From Acidobacteriota bacterium (GTDB lineage: Bacteria; Acidobacteriota; UBA6911; RPQK01; JAJDTT01): DNA of 64,000 bases. This document shows positions 10,388 through 20,446 of the stretch, piece after piece. Numbering within the stretch: position 1 is the first letter of the stretch; each line of letters begins with the position of its first letter. A model generated the notes under the pieces. That model made no database searches and had not been told where the DNA came from. It saw only the letters and a list, made by a program, of their open reading frames with translations. Location of the stretch: NCBI GenBank assembly GCA_965263035.1, contig OZ253580.1:4672001-4736000 (forward strand), read 5' to 3'. A program made the position numbers and the translations under genes.

Positions 10388-10642
10388 CTCTCCCTCGCCG
10401 TCGTTTTTGCTATGGATAGCAAATCTTTTACTATCCATAGTAAAACTCGGATCCTTTTCCGCTATTCATAGCGAAAAATACTCTCTTCTGGGTGAGTCCG
10501 GGAACGGGAGCGGCGGCTTTCTTGCCGCCGAATGGGAACGGCGACTTTCCAGTCGCCGACTCTTACAAACCCGAGCGACCAGAACGTCCTCCAACTCAGG
10601 TCGTACCGGCCTTCCGTCCAAACCGAAACAACACGGCCAGCA
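10388..10642. repeat. Left direct repeat of island: AT-rich palindrome + REP doublet + relic 3' end of the NRAMP-like gene
   Basis: Colinear with 15069-15262; identical 25-mer CCAACTCAGGTCGTACCGGCCTTCC at 10591 and 15211; minus strand reads ALLAVLFRFGRKAGTT*. Confidence 0.88.
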
Positions 10643-11188
10643 ATGCCTGCGCGCGATACTGTTGGTGTACGAGTCGCGACGAAATGGCACAAACCACGCT
10701 TTAGGCACTCTGGCCCAGTTCTTCAGATCCGGTATCAGCCTGACGACTGTGTGTCCTATCTCAAAGACAGATCTCGGTTCGACGGCTGCAAGCGTCTCGA
10801 TGCTGTTGAGGTGCTGCAGGTACGGTTCCAAATAGTCCTCCAGTGTCACGCCGCGATCCGGGTTCCTCCAATACTGTGTAACCTGCCGAAGGACATGGAA
10901 CAGTTTTATTTGCCCCAGCAATTAGGCCGGTGCGATCGTGATCGCCAGTACCAGTGGACATAGTCCAATCCGCGTGACTCTCATTGTGTTCTCCCCCCTG
11001 TTTAGAATGAATCCATCGGATCGTTGATCTCGAGTGCACGACCGGCGGGACGCGACGCGCGACGTGCAAACCCTTACTGGAGTTGATGGCTTACGGCTGA
11101 CAAAGGTTCGGGGAGACTCATTATCACCGGCGTGGAGGGGGGCGCACTACGGGCGAGAGCCTCTCCACATTTCCATCAAAGCCAACGG

Positions 11189-11662
11189 CTAGGCGCTCAC
11201 CCTAACCCGTCGCGCCAAGATCCAGTGCGGAAGGAAGACCAGAACGTCGATCAACATCACGATGGCCACCAGCGCCAGACTTTGGCTAGCTTGTCTGCGT
11301 TCGGCTCGGAGCACGCTACGGTAGCTATCCTTCCGCTTTCGGGTGGTCTCGTCCTCGGTAATTCCCGGTCCTCCTCGCGGCTCCGTTGAAGCTCCTCTGT
11401 GAGTGAACTTATAGGTCTTTTCATCGCCCGGCCCTTTCCCACGGGAAGGTGGAGCCGACCATTGAACGTAGGACACAGATCGAGGTGAATTGCGGAATGA
11501 GTCATTGGACTGGTGCCGTTCGTACTCGTAAGCGCTCAGGGTGAACTCGGGGTAGGTGATCTGAAGTAGGTCATAGATACCGACGCCCAGGGCGATGATG
11601 ATGCAGAGCAGGGTAACGAAGCAGACGGCCAACCCATAGATCTCGACAGAGGACTTTTTCAC
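11189..11662 (-). CDS. Hypothetical 2-TM membrane protein
   Basis: 157 aa, N- and C-terminal hydrophobic helices around a soluble loop; GTG start. Confidence 0.7.
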   Translation of the reverse strand: MKKSSVEIYGLAVCFVTLLCIIIALGVGIYDLLQITYPEFTLSAYEYERHQSNDSFRNSPRSVSYVQWSAPPSRGKGPGDEKTYKFTHRGASTEPRGGPGITEDETTRKRKDSYRSVLRAERRQASQSLALVAIVMLIDVLVFLPHWILARRVRVSA

Positions 11663-11773
11663 GGTTCGGACACTCCGAAGGCTTCATCATAATTCACACT
11701 GCACCCCCTGCTCGCCTTTCTCTCAGGGGGGTGCCCCCCTGTGGCTGCCCCGGGGAGCCTTCGACCGGCTCCG

Positions 11774-12164
11774 TTACGGACGTTGAAGCGGGGCCACCGT
11801 TCCGCCAGGAACAAGGCCTAGGGGTCGGGACCGGTCGCGTTCGGGCCTTACAAGCCCGTACACTTGCCGGATCGCCTCCGCTTTCCTGCGGAGTAGCAGT
11901 ACTTTTCCCAGGTGTTTTTCTGCAGCGACATGGTCCCCACTGTACAGGGCCTTTTGGGACAGGGAGCAGCGAATGGCATCCAGCAGCCACATCGTCCCCC
12001 AACACACACCTGTCATGAAAAGAGAGGTTCCCTGTAAGACAACAAGTCTCTGGCCATAATTGTGGAACGCATAGAAGCCCAACGCCGCTCCGCCGACCGA
12101 CCCGCAGACCATGGACACGCCAATAACAATTAGGGTTTTCTTACGGATACGGCTCCAACTTCAT
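11774..12164 (-). pseudogene. Small 2-TM hypothetical protein, apparently frameshifted just after the ATG
   Basis: Frame SWSRIRKKTLIVIGVSMVCG... is one base out of phase with the upstream ATG at 12164; two hydrophobic segments. Confidence 0.4.
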
Positions 12165-12314
12165 CTTAGACCTCAATAGTACTCTGCCGTCTGGAATTTG
12201 GCCCGTCCACCGCCCACCGCCGGCTCGGGAGAAGCCACTCCCCTCCTAATGGAGCGCTCGCACACCCTATCTTCAGGGGAGGTTCTGGCCTCGGTCTCCT
12301 GCCGCACTCCTCAG

Positions 12315-13424
12315 TCAGTAACTGAGATTTGCTCGAAAATCGGGTATCCTGCCCGCCGCCGCGAGAACTCCCCATTCGTCCAACCGGCCACGGTGCATCT
12401 TCCAGAACCTTGAACAGAGCTCGAAGTACTTAAGCACGACATCTCGTTCGCCGATCTCAAGGAGAGCTTTGGCGAGCAGCATATTCGGCCCGAATGAATT
12501 GAGTTGGGGGGAGCCCGGAGTGTTGCCAGCGGCAATCAGACGCGATTTCGCCTCCTCGATGTTGCCCTCGCGCAAGGCGATTCGACCCAGCACGAGGTGG
12601 CCGTGGTGGACTCGGTTTCCGTAATTCCAACCCGCTTCAGTGTTTTGCAGCATGAGTTCCGCATACTGACGAGCCTTGTCAAGCTGATCCGCAGCGAATG
12701 CCGCCTTCGCGAGATCTTCCAGAAGGGAGTCTCTGCGCGATTCACCTGCAAGTGCATAGGCTTTTTCAAGTTCTTCCAACTCCCTCTCGGAGATCTTCTG
12801 GTGGATCACTCCGGACCCCTGATCGGCTGCCAAGCCATAAGTGTTCCCCAGTTTCTCCGGCCATTTGGGATTGGACGGATCGAGAGATTGGGCTCGCTTG
12901 AGCAATTCGATCGAGGTCCTGCGGTCGCCGAACAGGAAGAAATGTGCCGCGTTCCCCAACAGCGTCGCGCTTTCAGGTTTGCCTTCGAGCTGCTCCATCC
13001 AGGCCTTCTTGGCCTCCGAATAACCCTCCGAATCAAGAATGTGATCAATCCTTGCCTGGGGATGTTCCAAGACTTCGGATTCGGCTGAGTTCCGGATCAG
13101 CCACAGTACGTGCCGGCGTTTTTCGAACTTGGCCGAGTCGTCGCGTAACACTCGGCGGCCCCAGTAATAGCCGAGAAGCTGCGTCCGTGATGTCATGTCA
13201 TTCGGATCGCTCACCAGTTTCTCTTCGAGCGAAGCAACCTGTTCCGAGCTGAGCCCGCGACCGGTCTTCAGGTCTTCGTAGACACTCTTTTCGCTGGATG
13301 AACCCTCAGGATTTCCTCCAGGTGTTTCAACGGATGGAGCGCCAAGACCCACCGGGCAGAGGACAATGGCCAAAATGGTGACCATGGACACAGTCTGAAG
13401 CGCCAAGAACCTTTCCTTTCGCAT
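12315..13424 (-). CDS. Secreted TPR-like alpha-helical repeat protein
   Basis: Signal-like N-terminus; TPR-like LKRAQSLDPSNP and LGRIALREGNIEEAK segments. Confidence 0.8.
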   Translation of the reverse strand: MRKERFLALQTVSMVTILAIVLCPVGLGAPSVETPGGNPEGSSSEKSVYEDLKTGRGLSSEQVASLEEKLVSDPNDMTSRTQLLGYYWGRRVLRDDSAKFEKRRHVLWLIRNSAESEVLEHPQARIDHILDSEGYSEAKKAWMEQLEGKPESATLLGNAAHFFLFGDRRTSIELLKRAQSLDPSNPKWPEKLGNTYGLAADQGSGVIHQKISERELEELEKAYALAGESRRDSLLEDLAKAAFAADQLDKARQYAELMLQNTEAGWNYGNRVHHGHLVLGRIALREGNIEEAKSRLIAAGNTPGSPQLNSFGPNMLLAKALLEIGERDVVLKYFELCSRFWKMHRGRLDEWGVLAAAGRIPDFRANLSY

Positions 13425-13503
13425 TTTCTCTCCTTTCCTTCCCTGAAATCTCGGGATCGTACCCATTCACCCGTTCAGCTGACCGCTCTCAATGACTAGA
13501 TGG

Positions 13504-14045
13504 TCATGGCGCCGGGTCCGGCCCTTCTATTATGAGATTTCCTCTTGAGGTGGCCAGCAAAGACCTGCCCACCCGCGTTCCGTCAGGGGCGATCCCGTAG
13601 AGAATCGTGTCGGCTCGACTGTCTGAGTCGAACGTGATCTGGCCGTTCTCCAGGCGGTATATGTAGCTGGTGTCGGAGGATGACCCATAGTTACACTCGC
13701 CGCCACCCGGCGGGCAAATCTCATCGGCGGGCAACATGCTCACGTAAACAGTCCCATTTTTCACGAAGGCGCCAGTAACCATCCCGATCTCTCCGGAGTC
13801 CACCACCTGATTGAAGTTGTAGGTGCGTTGCAGTTCCCCTGTGAAGGAATACTCATGGATGGCATCGCCCGGCCGTTCTGGAGTCAGAAAGATGCCAGTG
13901 TCCGTGCTGAGCACGTTTTTTGCCTCCGGTTCAGGGTCCCCATGAAAGGATTGGAGGTATTGCCCATCACTTGAGAAGCGATGGATTCCTACCTTTAGAT
14001 CGGGACCGGCACCGAGAATGAAGAAGTCCCCGTAGGGAGTGCGGA
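13504..14045 (-). pseudogene. 5'-truncated beta-propeller (NHL/6-blade-like) fragment
   Basis: Open frame extends upstream of the 13914 ORF (GDFFILG...IHRFSSDGQYLQSF, IHEYSFTGELQRTY) and stops near 14050-14085 with no proper start. Confidence 0.5.
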
Positions 14046-14079
14046 ACCTGTCCCAATTGGGGACTGTCCCCAGTGCTGG

Positions 14080-14379
14080 TCATTATGGATCACGACGATC
14101 GTGGCCGAGATCGTAATCGGGATTCTGGCCAGTATCATCGTCACGTGGTTTAGTCGGCAAAGGGAATTCCGCGCCGACAAAGGCGCCTCGCGTCTGGCGG
14201 GCCGTGAGAACATGATCGCGGCCCTGGAGGCGTTGCGTCGATCGGTGGAGCAGCCCCATCTTTCCGACCAGCTCTCCGAATTTGGCGTTTCGGGTAGGGG
14301 TTGCGGTGGAATTCTGCGCCTGTTCATGACCCACTCCCCACTGGAGGAGCGAATCGCCGCCTTGCGCTCCGGTCGGTGA
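14080..14379 (+). pseudogene. htpX: C-terminal fragment of HtpX protease
   Basis: GILASIIVTWFSRQREFRAD...MIAAL...LFMTHSPLEERIAAL matches the HtpX C-terminus; N-terminal two-thirds including HExxH absent. Confidence 0.85.
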
Positions 14380-14581
14380 TGCTTCGCAGTCGCGAGCTTG
14401 AGAATTAGTCTGGCAGTCTCCCTCAACATTCCCGTTCGCAAAGGAGTGCCGAGAGGTAGCGATGGTCCTCCGCCCACCGCAGATCTTCAGGATGATATGC
14501 GAGGAAATGACGCCGTATCTTCCACAGTGGGGGGGGCTTCTTGCCTTCTCGCAGAGGAGCGCGGATTGTCCCTGACGAGGG

Positions 14582-14812
14582 TCAACTGAAGAAGGCCAAC
14601 TTCCCCAAAAGGGCTAGAGCCGCATACGCGGCCCACTCCAAACGAGCTACGCGCTTGTCCAACCCTGCCAGGTTCGCTTTCACGTCATCAACGTCGGCCC
14701 TGGTGGCGAGCTGTTCCGGGATCGGAACGGCCGCAGCAGCAGCCTTAGCCTTGTCGTCAGGTGCGCCAGCGGCGAGGAGTGCTTCGTAGAGTTCGCTTAC
14801 GATGTAGCTCAT
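14582..14812 (-). CDS. Small coiled-coil protein with C-terminal TM (DUF1640/CCDC90-like)
   Basis: 76 aa: ELYEALLAAGAPDDKAKAAA...LATRADV, coiled coil, hydrophobic tail. Confidence 0.7.
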   Translation of the reverse strand: MSYIVSELYEALLAAGAPDDKAKAAAAAVPIPEQLATRADVDDVKANLAGLDKRVARLEWAAYAALALLGKLAFFS

Positions 14813-14834
14813 GTCCAGTCTTCTTCTAGGAGAA

Positions 14835-15020
14835 TCACCGTGGACCGCGCGATTCACCGCTTCCGATCTCACGTTCAAGCTCCATTATACGGACTTCGAT
14901 CAAGTGCCGTAGCTCAGAGACCGTCTGGCGACTGGTAGCGAAACACGCCGTCTTAAAGCGCCGATGTACAGGGGCTGGCACATCGATGCTGAGCCGTTTC
15001 GCTGGCTCGTTTCCAGTCAT
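14835..15020 (-). CDS. Ribbon-helix-helix protein (ParG-like)
   Basis: 61 aa; KRLSIDVPAPVHRRFKTAC pattern. Confidence 0.6.
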   Translation of the reverse strand: MTGNEPAKRLSIDVPAPVHRRFKTACFATSRQTVSELRHLIEVRIMELEREIGSGESRGPR

Positions 15021-15068
15021 CTGTGAAGGCGCGCCTGTGCGGACCGGAGCGTGGCCGAGGCCAGTCAG

Positions 15069-15262
15069 CTCTCCCTTGCAGTCGTTTTCGCCATGAATAG
15101 CAAATATTTTGCTATTCATGGCGAAAATTGGTCTCCTTTGGGTGAGTTTGGGAGCGGGAGCGGCGTTTTCCAACCGCCGATTCTTACGAGCACGGACGAC
15201 CCGAAAGCCCCCAACTCAGGTCGTACCGGCCTTCCCCCGAAACCGGAACAACACCGCCAGCA
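15069..15262. repeat. Right direct repeat of island (includes the functional 3' end of the NRAMP-like gene)
   Basis: Homologous to 10388-10642; contains a perfect 20-bp-arm palindrome at 15085-15127 and one REP. Confidence 0.88.
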
Positions 15263-16898
15263 GCACGAATCCCCCGGCAGCGACCAATCCCGGAACCCCG
15301 ATCCGCGACCAGATGCTGTAGGCGCAGCCCAACGTGGCGAACCCCGTGGCCAGGGCCATCATCACGTTCCAGACCACTCGCTTTCCTCCCCGGGGCAGGT
15401 TCTCGCCCAACAGCTTCCGCTGGTTCATGAGCAGGAAGAAGGAGATGTACGCAATGGGCAGTAGCGCCATCCCGAAGATCGACGTGGGGACCGCCAGCCA
15501 GAACTGGGCATCCTTCCAGAAGAAGGGCCCCAGCACCCCCACCACGGCGGCCAGTGAGCCCAGCCGATAGGCCCGCCCCTTGGGCTCCAGTCCCAGCATC
15601 TCGCAGACCACGAACCCCGAGATCAGCATGAGGATGGCGATGCTGGAGAGGGCCATTCCCACCACGCCGATTCCGAACACCACCCGGGCGAACAGGCTGC
15701 CGGTGAGAGGCTCCAGCGACTCCGCCAGATTGAAGGCGTCCCGTTTCACCAGCATGGCGGCTATTTCCTTCTCCGCCTGCGGCAACTCCTCGGCCGCCCG
15801 GCTTCTCGCTTCCGCGGACAGCCCCGGACTGGTGGCTGCAATCCGCTCCCTCAACAGGCCCTGGTAGCCGGCCACCAATTTGGGAGGAGGCGCCGGCCTC
15901 TCCGCCTCCGAGACCAGGCCGGCCGCGGGACGGGTGTGAAACTGGCTGGCCGAGGCGATGACCACGCAACTGGTGGCGAGCAGGAAGGGGATGAGCATCC
16001 CGGTGGACAGGTCGAAGATGGCCAGACCGCGAAATTCCCGGTTCCAGCCTCGGGAGAGGAGGGAGTAGCCCAGCAGGAAGGTCATGTTGATCCCCACCGC
16101 CGTGGCGCTGGCGCTGATCATGACGTCGCGCTGCATCCCCAGGATCTTGCCGCTCCAGAACTCGCGCGAGGTCTCGCCGACCGCCTCCAGGAAGGGGGTG
16201 TAGGTAGCGGTCGGATGCATCAGGACGCTCAGGTCGGGGACGAACCCGGAGAGAACGGCTCCCCAGTTCAGGGCGCCCGGGGAGAGGGCCATCTTCACGA
16301 CCACGCCGAAGAAGCAGAGGACGATCAGTGCCACCACCACCTTCAGGGTCCCCTCGTACACCTTCACCCCCCAGCCGCCCTCGCCGTAGAGCCAGGTGAT
16401 GGAGATGGTGACCGCGAGGATGACGGCGCAGATGATCACCTTGCCGCCCAGGTCGCCGGTGACGCCGTCCGCTCCCAAGAGATCCGGCAGCAGGTTCTGC
16501 TGGACCGCGCTGGTAGCCAGGCTGTACTGGGGCAGGGACCAGACCATGTTGGCCATGAGGCTGGCGATGGCCCAGGCCCATCCCAGGAGGGGGCTCACGT
16601 GCCGGTTGATGGCCTGAAAGGGACGCTCGCCCGTGGAGAGGGTGACGTAGCTGATGGCGCCCAGCATGACGATGCCCAGGATCATGGCCACCGGTTGGAG
16701 CCAGAGGAGGGCGAAACCGGAGAGGGTTCCCAGGTAGAGGCCGCTGGCCAGGGAACCGCCTCCAAGGGTCAGGGCGCTCTGAAGCCAGCCCGGACCCGAG
16801 AGCCGGAAATAGGTCTTCAGCAGGGCGCCCCGGCCTTGGGCGCGGGCTTCCCGCAGCAGCAGCCGGTCGCCTTGGACATCCGATCTCTTCTCGGGCAT
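15216..16898 (-). CDS. NRAMP-like divalent metal cation transporter
   Basis: GPGWLQSALTLGGGSL motif, about 11 TM segments; ATG at 16898 chosen. Confidence 0.8.
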   Translation of the reverse strand: MPEKRSDVQGDRLLLREARAQGRGALLKTYFRLSGPGWLQSALTLGGGSLASGLYLGTLSGFALLWLQPVAMILGIVMLGAISYVTLSTGERPFQAINRHVSPLLGWAWAIASLMANMVWSLPQYSLATSAVQQNLLPDLLGADGVTGDLGGKVIICAVILAVTISITWLYGEGGWGVKVYEGTLKVVVALIVLCFFGVVVKMALSPGALNWGAVLSGFVPDLSVLMHPTATYTPFLEAVGETSREFWSGKILGMQRDVMISASATAVGINMTFLLGYSLLSRGWNREFRGLAIFDLSTGMLIPFLLATSCVVIASASQFHTRPAAGLVSEAERPAPPPKLVAGYQGLLRERIAATSPGLSAEARSRAAEELPQAEKEIAAMLVKRDAFNLAESLEPLTGSLFARVVFGIGVVGMALSSIAILMLISGFVVCEMLGLEPKGRAYRLGSLAAVVGVLGPFFWKDAQFWLAVPTSIFGMALLPIAYISFFLLMNQRKLLGENLPRGGKRVVWNVMMALATGFATLGCAYSIWSRIGVPGLVAAGGFVLLAVLFRFRGKAGTT

Positions 16899-16998
16899 GA
16901 TTGCGTCCCGGTCGGTTGGACCATCCCGCACGGCGTTGACGGGTCATTCTGGCTGGGGCGTCCCCCGATTGCAAATCCAGCGGCGACAGGCGGTTCTG

Positions 16999-17931
16999 GT
17001 GGAATCTTTCTCAATTCTGGAGGATCGGATCGAGCTGGCGCAGGGGGCCTGGGCGGCGTCTCACCGTCTCGGAGTCCGCTGGCGCGGAAGGCGCATCCTG
17101 TCGCTGAGCCAGGGGCCGTACCGGCCCTACCTCTACCCGGTGTTCACTCCGGCCGGCTTCGCCGTCACTTCCGAGAGTCCAGCGGATCACCCCCACCACA
17201 GCTCCATCTGGGTGGCCCTGGACCGGGTCCGGTGCCTATTCCCTTATTCATCGGATGAAACCGAAGAAGGGACCTACAACTTCTATGTGAACGGGACCTT
17301 TCAGGGCCGGGCGCCGGGACGGATCCTGACCACCGGAGTCGAGTCCGAAGAGCTGGCTCCGGACCACCTGAGAATCCAGTTGAACCTCCAGTGGCGGGGT
17401 CCGGAGGAATGGGCCGCATCGGAAGGACGAGTCCTCCTGACCGAGACCCGGACGCTGGACATCCGTCCGGGGGAGCGGGCGAACCGGATCGACGTCCGCT
17501 CCCGCCTCCAGGCCGGCCAGTGGGATATCGAGCTGGGGCCGACTCGCCATGGACTTTTCGGGGTGCGACTGATCGAGACCCTGACCGTGACCCATGGCGG
17601 AAGGCTTCTGGACTCGGAGGGGCGTGAGGGGGGACGGGACATCAGTCGTGAGAGCGCCGATTGGGTGGACGGTTCCGGGACCTTGGGAAGGGGGGTCCGT
17701 GCGGGCGTGGCCCTGTTTCCCCATTCCTCGACGGCCGGTCATCCCTGGTACGTGACCGATTGGGGGACCCTGACCATCAACCCCATGGCCAGCCGCGTCT
17801 GGTCGCTGGAACCGGGACAGAACGTGGAGTTCGGGCTTCGAGTCGCGGTCCACGACGGCGACGCCCGCGAGGCGCAGGTCGGAGAGGTTTACCGGGAGTT
17901 TCAGGAAGAAATCGAAAGGGGAAGCCGATGA
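16999..17931 (+). CDS. DUF6807 (PmoA-annotated) family protein
   Basis: RPYLYPVFTPAG...DHPHH.SIW motif; start uncertain. Confidence 0.8.
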   Translation: MESFSILEDRIELAQGAWAASHRLGVRWRGRRILSLSQGPYRPYLYPVFTPAGFAVTSESPADHPHHSSIWVALDRVRCLFPYSSDETEEGTYNFYVNGTFQGRAPGRILTTGVESEELAPDHLRIQLNLQWRGPEEWAASEGRVLLTETRTLDIRPGERANRIDVRSRLQAGQWDIELGPTRHGLFGVRLIETLTVTHGGRLLDSEGREGGRDISRESADWVDGSGTLGRGVRAGVALFPHSSTAGHPWYVTDWGTLTINPMASRVWSLEPGQNVEFGLRVAVHDGDAREAQVGEVYREFQEEIERGSR

Positions 17932-18719
17932 AGATCGTTCGATATCGGGAAGGGGACCGGATCCACTACGGGATCCTGGAAGAGGGGGGACTGATCCGGC
18001 GCCTGGAAGGGACGCCCTTCGAGAGCCTGACTCCGGACGGGACCACCACGCGATTGGAGTCCGTGCGGATCCTCCCGCCCGTGCCTGCGCCCAGGATCTT
18101 CGGGCTGGGCCTCAACTATGCCGACCACGCGGCCGAGGGGGGAAAGGAGCATCCGCCGCAGCCCATGCTCTTCATGAAGCCCTCCACGGCCGCCATCGGA
18201 CCCGGGGAATCCATCGTCTATCCGGCCGAAGAGGGGAATCTGGAAGTCCACTTCGAGGCCGAGCTGGTGGCGGTCATCGGGAGGAGAGCGCGGAGGGTCG
18301 GCAGCAGCGAGGCCCTGGACTACGTCCTGGGATACACTTGCGGCAACGACGTGAGCGAGCGCGTCATCCAGAGGGCCGAGATGAAGGAGGGATGTCTTCT
18401 CATGGGCAAGGGGTACGACACCTTCTGCCCCCTGGGGCCCGCCGTCGTCACCGGGCTGGATCCCACCGACCTGCTGCTGCTGGCCCGCGTCAACGGCCGG
18501 GAGCGGCAACGCACCAATACTTCGGACCTCATCTATCCCGTGGCCGAGATCGTCTCCTACATGAGCCAGGCCATCACCCTGCTTCCGGGGGACGTGATCC
18601 TGACCGGGACGCCCTCGGGCGTGGGACCCATCTATCCCGGAGACCGGGTGGAGATCGAGGTGCCTCAGGTGGGCGTCCTGTCCAATCCGGTGGTGGCCGA
18701 GAAAGAGAACGGATCATGA
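17928..18719 (+). CDS. Fumarylacetoacetate hydrolase family protein
   Basis: GLNYADH, FMKP, HFEAELVAVIG, NDVSER, GKGYDTFCPLGP and GDVILTGTP motifs; ATG overlaps the upstream stop. Confidence 0.93.
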   Translation: MKIVRYREGDRIHYGILEEGGLIRRLEGTPFESLTPDGTTTRLESVRILPPVPAPRIFGLGLNYADHAAEGGKEHPPQPMLFMKPSTAAIGPGESIVYPAEEGNLEVHFEAELVAVIGRRARRVGSSEALDYVLGYTCGNDVSERVIQRAEMKEGCLLMGKGYDTFCPLGPAVVTGLDPTDLLLLARVNGRERQRTNTSDLIYPVAEIVSYMSQAITLLPGDVILTGTPSGVGPIYPGDRVEIEVPQVGVLSNPVVAEKENGS

Positions 18720-20329
18720 ATGCCAAGAGCGGGCTGCGTGGAGCCGGGTGCCTTCTGGCCGTGGCCGCGGCGGCGTGCGGCCCGGGCAGCGGAACCTTGA
18801 TTCTGGAGTCGGAGAAGCAGTGGAGAGACGCCACCGGAGCCATGGCCGGCGCCGTCATCGGCCCCAACGGCCTGGAGCTGGAAGCGGGCGGCGAAGGCCA
18901 CTGGACCGGGGCCTGGCGGGAAGGGCCGGGAGAGGCCGGTTCGGTCCGGGTTACGTTCCGGTCCCGCTTGGAACTTTTCCGGGACAAGACCATCGAGGTC
19001 GTGGTGGACGGCTCCGAAGAACCTTACACCGGCAGCGACGGGGTTCCGCACGACTGGTACGGGCGCTCCATGATCGCCATTCTGGACCAGAACCGGTGGG
19101 TCATGGCGCTTCGCTCCGGACTGAATCACATCGACTGGAAGGGCCAGGATGCCATCCACATTCTGACCTCCTCGGACGAGGGACGGACCTGGGGCGAGTT
19201 GGACCGCTGGTTCGACGGTTCCCCCATTTCGGGGATGCCCTTTGACGACGGCTACACCCACAGCGAGCCGGGCCTCTACCGCATGCCCAGCGGCGACCTC
19301 ATCCTCCAGTTCTGGCGGACCGCCTACAGCACCGGAACACGACAGCTCCGCTCCCACGACGGCGGGAAGACCTGGGTCTCGGACCACGATCGAATTCACG
19401 TGCAGGGGGTCACCGGGGCGCCCGGGGACCTGGCCATCGGCACCGAAGACTGGTTCGTGGATCCCGAGAATCCAACCCATGTCTACATGGCGTTCCAGTA
19501 TTTCCACCACGAGGCCCAGGCGGGAACCCTGTTGGCCCGCTCCACCGACGACGGCCGGAGCTATGAATTCCTGAGCTGGATCGGTCCCCCGGCCAGCGAG
19601 AAGGACCCGGACGGAGGAGCGACCTTCGAGCCGGCCATCGAGTACGTGGGCAACCGCACCATCGTGGCCGTCCTGCGGGACGCGGCGGGCAATCGGCACA
19701 CCTGGCAGACGGTGAGCACCGACATGGGCGCCACCTTCGCCCCCCTGGAGGAGATATCCCCCAAGGTGGACGGCGGCGTCGAAGGGGGCCTCTGGCAGCG
19801 GGCCCGGATCTACAAGGAGAGCAATCCCAGGTTCCAGCATGGGAACGTGCTGGACTACGCCGCTGGCGAGGGCCGTCTCTGGGGCATGGGCCTCCACAGC
19901 ATCGGCGGCGGATACACTCGCAAGCCGGTGGTCTACTGGTCCGACGACGACGGCGCCACCTGGCAGGGCCCCGAGCTGCTGCACGGCCCCATGCTTCCGG
20001 GAACCGACACCGGTTACGGAGACCTGAAGCGGCGGGTGGACGGGGCCTTCGTGGCCGTGGCCTACTATGCAACCCGGGACTCCACAGTGTCGGACCTGGA
20101 GCAGTACACGTTCGGCGGACGGCGGGCCCGGTTCCGGTTGGAAGAGGACGCCGACGGTGACGGTGAAGCGGACGGAGGATCGAGCTGGCGGGAGCTCCAC
20201 GGCGGCGTCGAGAACTACACGGTCCCGATGACGGGAGCCCGCTGGAGGCTGAATCTCCGCCTCTCCCGCACCGGAGAAGGCCCGGGACCCGGAATCGAGT
20301 CGATCCGGATCGAGCCGTCGCAGGAATGA
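18716..20329 (+). CDS. Lipoprotein with sialidase-like BNR/Asp-box propeller
   Basis: Lipobox AAAAC; five Asp-boxes (SSDEGRTW, SHDGGKTW, STDDGRSY, STDMGATF, SDDDGATW). Confidence 0.85.
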   Translation: MNAKSGLRGAGCLLAVAAAACGPGSGTLILESEKQWRDATGAMAGAVIGPNGLELEAGGEGHWTGAWREGPGEAGSVRVTFRSRLELFRDKTIEVVVDGSEEPYTGSDGVPHDWYGRSMIAILDQNRWVMALRSGLNHIDWKGQDAIHILTSSDEGRTWGELDRWFDGSPISGMPFDDGYTHSEPGLYRMPSGDLILQFWRTAYSTGTRQLRSHDGGKTWVSDHDRIHVQGVTGAPGDLAIGTEDWFVDPENPTHVYMAFQYFHHEAQAGTLLARSTDDGRSYEFLSWIGPPASEKDPDGGATFEPAIEYVGNRTIVAVLRDAAGNRHTWQTVSTDMGATFAPLEEISPKVDGGVEGGLWQRARIYKESNPRFQHGNVLDYAAGEGRLWGMGLHSIGGGYTRKPVVYWSDDDGATWQGPELLHGPMLPGTDTGYGDLKRRVDGAFVAVAYYATRDSTVSDLEQYTFGGRRARFRLEEDADGDGEADGGSSWRELHGGVENYTVPMTGARWRLNLRLSRTGEGPGPGIESIRIEPSQE

Positions 20330-20446
20330 TGCCAACCCTGCGGCTGGTTCGGAGAAGGATGGCCAGAATAAAATTCAGTCCGGCCGGAGTCGCCGGCCCA
20401 ACCGCGACTTCCTCGTCGCGGATTCAGGACGGGAAAGGGTGACCTG

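Noticed and set aside
10301-10560. Short repeated hairpins resembling a CRISPR array
   Set aside because: The repeats are adjacent or irregularly spaced, occur in both orientations across the window, and have no unique equal-length spacers or cas genes; REP family fits better.
10466-10921. 151-aa minus-strand ORF at the island's left end
   Set aside because: The C-terminal half is translated REP/direct-repeat DNA; the N-half may be a gene relic but I cannot recognise a family.
14582-14812. Possible integrase for the island
   Set aside because: It is only 76 aa, a coiled coil plus TM, with no tyrosine or serine recombinase motifs.
16999-17931. PmoA label implying methane oxidation
   Set aside because: The protein is a soluble DUF6807 type in a sugar-catabolic context, with no pmoCAB or TM helices.
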